The translations under genes were made by a program, and so were the position numbers. Shown one piece after another: positions 62,301 to 64,000 of a stretch of DNA of 64,000 nucleotides. How positions within the stretch are numbered: the stretch's first letter is position 1; each line of letters starts with the position of its first letter. A model generated the notes under the pieces. It had not been told where the DNA came from. It saw only the letters and a program-made list of their open reading frames with translations, and did no database searches. The stretch spans positions 4,543,694 through 4,607,693 of the forward strand of contig CAJINV010000002.1 in the NCBI GenBank assembly GCA_905178155.1. The letters run 5' to 3'. The stretch is from Amoebophrya sp. A120 (taxonomy: Eukaryota > Protista > Dinoflagellata).

Positions 62301-63690
62301 AGCTGGCTCGGAAGCTGCAGCAAGAAAAGCTGCGGCGGGAGCAGGCGTATCCACAGTAAAGTTCCCGTACACGTACAAATGCAGTCTCTGCAAGGCAAAA
62401 CTTGCCTTTAATCCTAGTCCAGCATGACAAGTTGGACTCTGCAAGGTAGCGAAATTTGTCATGCATTTTGTACATGTACAGGAGATTTGTCATGTGCATA
62501 AGGCGAGCAAGCAGCGCATCAAGTCGGGCGACTTGGTTTTGCTGGGCAGGACGTCGTATCACATGCAAATATGGATCTGTGTCTGGAATTCGATTGAACT
62601 TGTAATGCCAGGCCTACATTCCCCCAAAGATCTGTATTGCATGACTGACAAATAAACGACGCCACCTTTTGTTACAGACAACCGCAGGAGCTTCCCATGC
62701 GGACGGCGCATGAGAAAGCGTGGTCCGCAAAACTTGTCATGCGTGGCAGCTGCATGGGGAAGTCGAAGTATTTCAGTCATGCACATAATTTCAGCATCAC
62801 AAGTTTATTCCAGACCAAGATCGATATTTGCAGTTGATACGTCGGACCAGCAGACGCACGAAATGCAGGAGCGGCGGCTAAAGAAACACGACGAGGACCA
62901 CATGTACCGGGCGCACAAGGTCAGCTATTGTGAGGAAAAATCCCCCCTCCCCATATCGAACAGGAAATTTGTGATGCCGGATTTGCGTACACAAGTCAGT
63001 TTGTACTGCTAGAAGGGCAAGAGACGCAGTTGTGGCCTTGTTTGCAGGCAATTTGTCATGCTGTCTCCCGCTTCCAGTTGCCTCGTGTCATGCAGAAGAT
63101 GCAAGGCCTTCCCACGCCAGCCAGAACTACAGTCCGCATCTTTTGCCTTCTAGCATGACGACATGACTTGCGGCCGCAAATCAGCGTCACAAATTTCCAC
63201 TTTGAGTTTGGGGTGGGGGGATTTTTCATTTTGATATCAGCGAAGCCCTCCTGACAGAGGCGGACGAGCAAATGTACAAGCAGCTGTTCGGCCACCACTT
63301 GATGGAGGAGGCGGAAGAAGATAGTGCAGACGAGTCCGCCGAGCTGAACGACGCGGTTGCGATGCAGGCGGGCGGGGCAACGGCAACGGCTGCGGCAACC
63401 GCCCAAAATACTGCGGGAAGATTAAAGCGCAAGGCCGAGATATCGTAAGAAAAAACTGTTCCACTGTAAGGATTTTGCAAGTTTTGCATTACAAGTTCAC
63501 TACACATTACAAAGGAAGCTTGCCATGCGAGTATCCTAAGGGAAAACACCACTAAAAATCACTTGTCTTGCATGTGTAGCAAGACAAACACTTCGGTGAT
63601 GCATTTTCTACATCACAAGTTCACAGTGAAACAGTTTTTTCTTGCGATACGAGAAGCTGCGCAAGCTCGTGGAGAAGCAGGTGGCCGAGT
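1939..63690 (+). CDS. Giant multi-exon gene (135 exons, about 18.25 kb CDS, at least 6,084 aa, 3'-incomplete); hypothetical secreted/membrane protein
   Basis: Manual splicing (element plus one direct-repeat copy removed) keeps one stop-free frame. Exons: 1939-2313,2471-2735,2902-4254,4411-4435,4598-4769,5053-5193,5350-5415,5599-5821,6097-6218,6488-6662,6818-6830,7327-7353,7595-7661,7876-7958,8175-8296,8447-8847,9008-9382,10402-10412,11189-11810,12059-12143,12323-12552,12882-12920,13291-13672,13836-13915,14178-14248,14520-14536,14794-14816,15039-15123,15340-15404,15700-15735,16003-16123,16424-16608,16765-16810,16961-16993,17325-17520,17697-17789,18604-18723,19041-19270,19531-19797,19959-20014,20169-20209,20512-20539,20784-20912,21226-21236,21549-21610,21786-21932,22103-22149,22487-22530,22742-22812,23083-23134,24122-24273,24549-24611,24894-25336,25621-25672,25933-25981,26127-26175,26398-26428,26551-26635,26899-27026,27196-27294,27566-27625,27885-27961,28121-28388,28669-28737,28895-28920,29234-29277,29426-29841,30007-30045,30304-30443,30752-31021,31194-31316,31637-31700,31971-32012,32234-32797,36952-36998,37266-37650,37921-37962,38209-38244,38522-38566,38724-38852,39008-39046,39335-39445,39603-39908,40173-40207,40454-40485,40759-40787,41059-41103,41339-41456,41756-41841,42118-42172,42431-42505,42796-42865,43192-43437,43766-43983,44253-44286,44570-44644,44870-45442,45597-45667,45926-45972,46230-46322,46548-46599,46841-47401,47669-47721,48042-48191,48351-48423,48753-48850,49004-49023,49184-49205,49472-49502,49768-49810,50586-50800,51129-51174,51489-51576,51743-51875,52055-52264,52599-52649,52805-53093,53365-53433,53705-53764,53991-54088,54245-54308,54576-54899,55152-55203,55325-55351,59813-60333,60496-60613,60873-60911,61224-61283,61574-61637,61991-62025,62253-62347,62506-62556,62845-62925,63242-63440,63655-63690. 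The exact junction within each repeat is ambiguous. No domain recognised by eye. Confidence 0.88.
2902..4254 (+). CDS. Largest exon; acidic, low-complexity, probably disordered segment
   Basis: Matches ORF 2922-4307 up to the element starting at 4255; rich in E/Q/S/T/A. Confidence 0.9.
4255..4405. mobile_element. Introner/MITE family C (TATGCAATGTAAATTTCCCGTAC...GTACGGGAAATTTACTGTGGATA), about 150 bp, 8 copies
   Basis: DR GATGT here. Forward copies: 2314-2465,4255-4405,16609-16759,28738-28889,48192-48345. Reverse copies: 39446-39597,51876-52049,62348-62500. Confidence 0.95.
6219..6482. mobile_element. Introner/MITE family A (TIR TATnnnnTGYAAAWATGTCTGGGTCTGG), about 250-285 bp, 33 copies; representative shown
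   Basis: TIR plus 5-bp DR (AGGAT here). Copies: 4770-5047,5822-6091,6219-6482,6833-7097,13916-14172,14537-14788,15736-15997,19271-19525,22813-23077,24274-24543,24612-24888,27295-27560,27626-27879,28389-28663,30046-30298,31701-31965,36999-37260,37651-37915,38245-38516,39909-40167,40486-40753,40788-41053,41842-42112,43984-44247,47402-47663,49206-49466,49503-49762,53094-53359,53434-53699,54309-54570,60614-60867,61284-61568,62557-62839. Confidence 0.95.
7959..8169. mobile_element. Introner/MITE group E (TATCGCAAGAAAAAA-type ends, several subfamilies), about 115-250 bp, 15 copies
   Basis: DR GATTT here. Copies: 7354-7589,7662-7870,7959-8169,12144-12317,14817-15033,22531-22736,26176-26392,26429-26545,27027-27190,44645-44864,45973-46224,53765-53985,55204-55319,63441-63649,63691-(runs off the window). 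Confidence 0.9.
8297..8441. mobile_element. Introner/MITE family B (TIR TATnnnnTGCAAAAGTATCGYACTCGT), about 140-180 bp, 30 copies; representative shown
   Basis: DR CACCA here. Copies: 2736-2896,4436-4592,5194-5344,5416-5593,6663-6812,8297-8441,8848-9002,13673-13830,16811-16955,19798-19953,20015-20163,21611-21780,21933-22097,23135-24116(nested insert),25982-26121,27962-28115,29278-29420,29842-30001,31022-31188,32798-36946(nested insert),38567-38718,38853-39002,45443-45591,48851-48998,49024-49178,51577-51737,52650-52799,54089-54239,60334-60490,62026-62247. Confidence 0.95.
9384..10361. mobile_element. Long-direct-repeat TIR element L1 (intronic)
   Basis: Imperfect TIR of about 70-95 bp (TATAGCGTCGTAAAAGTTGTA.../...TACAACTTTTACGACGCTATA); perfect 40-bp DR at 9343-9382 and 10362-10401. 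Confidence 0.92.
10413..11147. mobile_element. Long-direct-repeat TIR element L2 (intronic)
   Basis: TIR of about 45 bp (AGGCCCTAAAA.ATCCA...CGCCCATCTTTTCAAA, inverted copy ending at 11141); 41-bp DR at 10372-10412 and 11148-11188 with 1 mismatch. Confidence 0.9.
11189..11810 (+). CDS. Internal exon, low complexity
   Basis: Frame of ORF 11112-11858; bounded by the long-DR element ending at 11147 and the introner at 11811. Confidence 0.85.
12553..12876. mobile_element. Introner/MITE family D (TATnnnnAGGAAAAATCCCCC...), mostly 310-350 bp, 12 copies
   Basis: DR CCCTG here. Copies: 6831-7321(host of a nested family-A copy),12553-12876,16994-17319,18724-19035,22150-22481,42866-43186,43438-43760,48424-48747,51175-51483(diverged),52265-52593,61638-61985,62926-63236. 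Confidence 0.92.
17521..17696 (+). other. Canonical GT-AG spliceosomal intron (176 nt)
   Basis: AG|GTACTA...TTCCTTTTTTTCATCCAAATTACACAG|G; removal bypasses the TGA at 17534 and restores the frame (IGR YHQW). Confidence 0.85.
17790..18565. mobile_element. Long-direct-repeat TIR element L3 (intronic)
   Basis: 38-bp DR at 17752-17789 and 18566-18603 (3 mismatches, last 27 bp perfect); degenerate TIR (AGCTTGG..CCATTAG..GGTGAATTTCC..TGATTTT and its inverse). Confidence 0.85.
20540..20778. mobile_element. Introner/MITE family F (TATGGSRTTCTCAA...TTGAGAAYSCCATA), about 235-265 bp, 7 copies
   Basis: DR CGAAC here. Copies: 11811-12053,14249-14514,20540-20778,26636-26890,37963-38203,45668-45920,46600-46835. 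Confidence 0.92.
23224..24046. mobile_element. 823-bp foldback MITE nested in a family-B introner
   Basis: TAT...ATA ends, TSD CCTTA, TIR of about 65 bp (AAAAGTACTCAACTCTATTTTTACTCATAGGGCAAAA) plus further internal inverted blocks (CTGCAGGCTTAGCTA; GACTTGCTGGGAG). Confidence 0.92.
24894..25336 (+). CDS. Internal exon, acidic
   Basis: Frame of ORF 24938-25348; bounded by elements with DRs CTTCC and GCGAC. Confidence 0.85.
25337..25615. mobile_element. Introner/MITE family J (TATCCTGAGTAAAAACGTCCCCA...), about 280-315 bp, 10 copies
   Basis: DR GCGAC here. Copies: 15405-15694,16124-16418,20210-20506,20913-21220,25337-25615,31317-31631,39047-39329,41457-41750,42506-42790,44287-44564. Confidence 0.92.
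25673..25927. mobile_element. Introner/MITE family K (TATAACCCGCTCAG...TGAGCARGTTATA), about 255 bp, 2 copies
   Basis: DR GGGCA here; second copy at 42173-42425 (DR GAGCG/GAACG). Confidence 0.88.
28921..29228. mobile_element. Introner/MITE family G (TATGGAWGYGTCAGG...CCTGAC..CCATA), about 305-365 bp, 6 copies
   Basis: DR CGCTC here. Copies: 12921-13285,21237-21543,28921-29228,47722-48036(diverged),50801-51123,60912-61218. Confidence 0.92.
29426..29841 (+). CDS. Internal exon with a Cys-rich patch (WCEDECDPKPSCWTKCFDAVDDYCVHTLITHCC)
   Basis: Frame of ORF 29409-29867; bounded by family-B elements with DRs GGGCT and GCTCT. Confidence 0.85.
32013..32228. mobile_element. Introner/MITE family H (TATGAnAGTGCACAAC...GTTGTGCACTnTCATA), about 210-300 bp, 7 copies
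   Basis: DR GCAGG here. Copies: 15124-15334,30444-30746,32013-32228,40208-40448,41104-41333,46323-46542,54900-55146. Confidence 0.92.
32234..32797 (+). CDS. Internal exon (acidic, poly-Lys, then a Cys-containing segment)
   Basis: In frame with ORF 32500-32829; continues at 36952 after a 4.15-kb compound intron with DR CGCGG. Confidence 0.85.
33090..33418. repeat. Hairpin satellite, first block (about 3.5 units)
   Basis: Unit GGCCCCTAGGCCATGACGCGGGGACCGAGTCCCCGCGCTGGCCTAGGGCTTTCGCCCCTTGGCCGCACGGTGTCCGGGAAGCGC...AGCT. Confidence 0.9.
33419..34606. mobile_element. 1.19-kb GC-rich TIR element inserted in the satellite
   Basis: TIR TCRGTCGGAGGGCCC(C)GGGGC; 6-bp TSD ATGGCG (33413-33418 and 34607-34612) splits one satellite unit. 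Confidence 0.9.
34092..34252. repeat. Degenerate TTTAGCA(GG) short-repeat cluster
   Basis: More than ten TAGCA cores at roughly 12-13 bp spacing; the same word occurs near both ends of the host element (TGCTAAA at about 33460, TTTAGCA at about 34571). Confidence 0.8.
34607..36483. repeat. Hairpin satellite, main block (about 20 units, mostly 92-100 bp)
   Basis: Tandem units each containing nested palindromes (CCTAGGCCA...TGGCCTAGG and CGCGGGGA...TCCCCGCG); a roughly 660-bp, 7-unit higher-order duplication is visible. Confidence 0.95.
36526..36810. repeat. GGGGTRTGTY 10-22-bp minisatellite with inverted copies
   Basis: Repeated GGGGTGTGTC / GGGGTATGT at 36545-36701 and complementary ACACACCCCC / ACATACCCC at 36765-36809. 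Confidence 0.85.
37266..37650 (+). CDS. Internal exon ending in a hydrophobic, possibly transmembrane segment
   Basis: Ends ...MMYTILLSIMEELVFKFALSFVGAAVLL; frame of ORF 37215-37733. Confidence 0.85.
39603..39908 (+). CDS. Internal exon with a second hydrophobic segment
   Basis: Contains GVMMSIGLPVPILTGITWVSVLIAVSVVQNLLM; frame of ORF 39611-39961. Confidence 0.85.
44870..45442 (+). CDS. Internal exon, Lys/Arg-rich
   Basis: Frame of ORF 44858-45499, between two introners. Confidence 0.85.
46841..47401 (+). CDS. Internal exon
   Basis: Frame of ORF 46845-47615 up to the element at 47402 (DR GTGGA). Confidence 0.85.
49811..50555. mobile_element. Long-direct-repeat TIR element L4 (intronic)
   Basis: Perfect 30-bp DR at 49781-49810 and 50556-50585, weakly extendable to about 37 bp; TIR ACGCTT..TAAAAACTTCACT..TAAAAAAAAATTTTTTT and its inverse ending at about 50541. 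Confidence 0.9.
55352..59804. mobile_element. 4.45-kb long-TIR (foldback-type) DNA transposon acting as an intron; apparently non-autonomous
   Basis: TIRs at about 55352-56318 and 58839-59804, highly similar; TAT...ATA ends; 8-bp TSD ATATGAGA; GC-rich 2.5-kb core without a recognisable transposase. Confidence 0.93.
59813..60333 (+). CDS. Internal exon following the 4.45-kb long-TIR element
   Basis: ...QKTYE|ILDGSARH... joins 55325-55351 to the frame of ORF 59869-60363 once the element and one ATATGAGA are removed. Confidence 0.85.
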
Positions 63691-63717
63691 TATGCAAGAA
63701 AAAAACTGTGTAAGTGT

Positions 63718-64000
63718 TATAAACTATGTTACGAAACATGCAAGACACGAACCGAAAATCGCTGAATTTTTCTCGATGCAAAACGTGCAAAATGGTGCAA
63801 AAATCGATGCAAAAACGTCAAAACGATGGCAAAAGCCACGAAAAACGTTCCAAATCGAGGAAAATGCGACGAAAAAAAATCCGCGAATATTAGCCGAAAT
63901 TTCGCAAATTGTTGCGGTTCGGGCCTGCGTTTTTGTAAAGCAAACGGGACAAAATGCGCGCAAATTAGGTCAATAGCATGCGAAATCGTGCAAAATGACA
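63718..64000. mobile_element. Probable nested insertion (starts with TAT) inside the group-E element beginning at 63691; truncated by the window
   Basis: 63691-63717 matches the start of the copy at 14817, then switches abruptly to unrelated A-tract-rich sequence. Confidence 0.55.

Noticed and set aside
4291-63012. Hundreds of short ORFs sharing peptides such as CAKVSYSY, QTQTFL, MSGSG, LSC, FVM and MTN
   Set aside because: These are translations of the TIRs and the TTGTnATGC motif, not a protein family.
2314-63649. Ciliate TA-bounded IESs as the primary interpretation
   Set aside because: The duplicated unit is a variable 5-bp TSD outside TAT...ATA rather than TA, and the exons are GC-rich with no reassigned stop codons. 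DNA-level excision is retained only as a testable alternative.
1939-63690. Pseudogene killed by transposons
   Set aside because: No frameshift or stop over more than 6,000 reconstructed codons despite diverged, old insertions, which implies purifying selection.

Overview
Eukaryotic genomic DNA in the standard code. The architecture matches the published non-canonical 'introner' introns of the dinoflagellate parasite Amoebophrya; this attribution is inference, not a database result. Almost none of the six-frame ORFs are real genes. From 1939 to the window end there is one giant + strand gene. Removing by hand each intervening element plus one copy of its flanking direct repeat gives a single stop-free frame of 135 exons, about 18.25 kb and at least 6,084 codons, with an N-terminal signal/anchor and no stop before the window ends. 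It is interrupted by: (i) about 130 short (115-365 bp) TAT...ATA terminal-inverted-repeat elements in about 10 families, nearly all with 5-bp target-site duplications, in both orientations, all carrying a TTGTnATGC motif; (ii) four 0.7-1 kb TIR elements flanked by unusually long (about 30-41 bp) direct repeats of exon sequence; (iii) a 4.45-kb element with about 965-bp TIRs and an 8-bp TSD; and (iv) only one canonical GT-AG intron. Several introners host nested elements, including an 823-bp foldback MITE and a 4-kb Helitron-like element carrying a hairpin satellite that itself contains a TIR element. I found no transposase ORF, RNA gene or CRISPR array. Coordinates were read by eye and may be off by a base or two.
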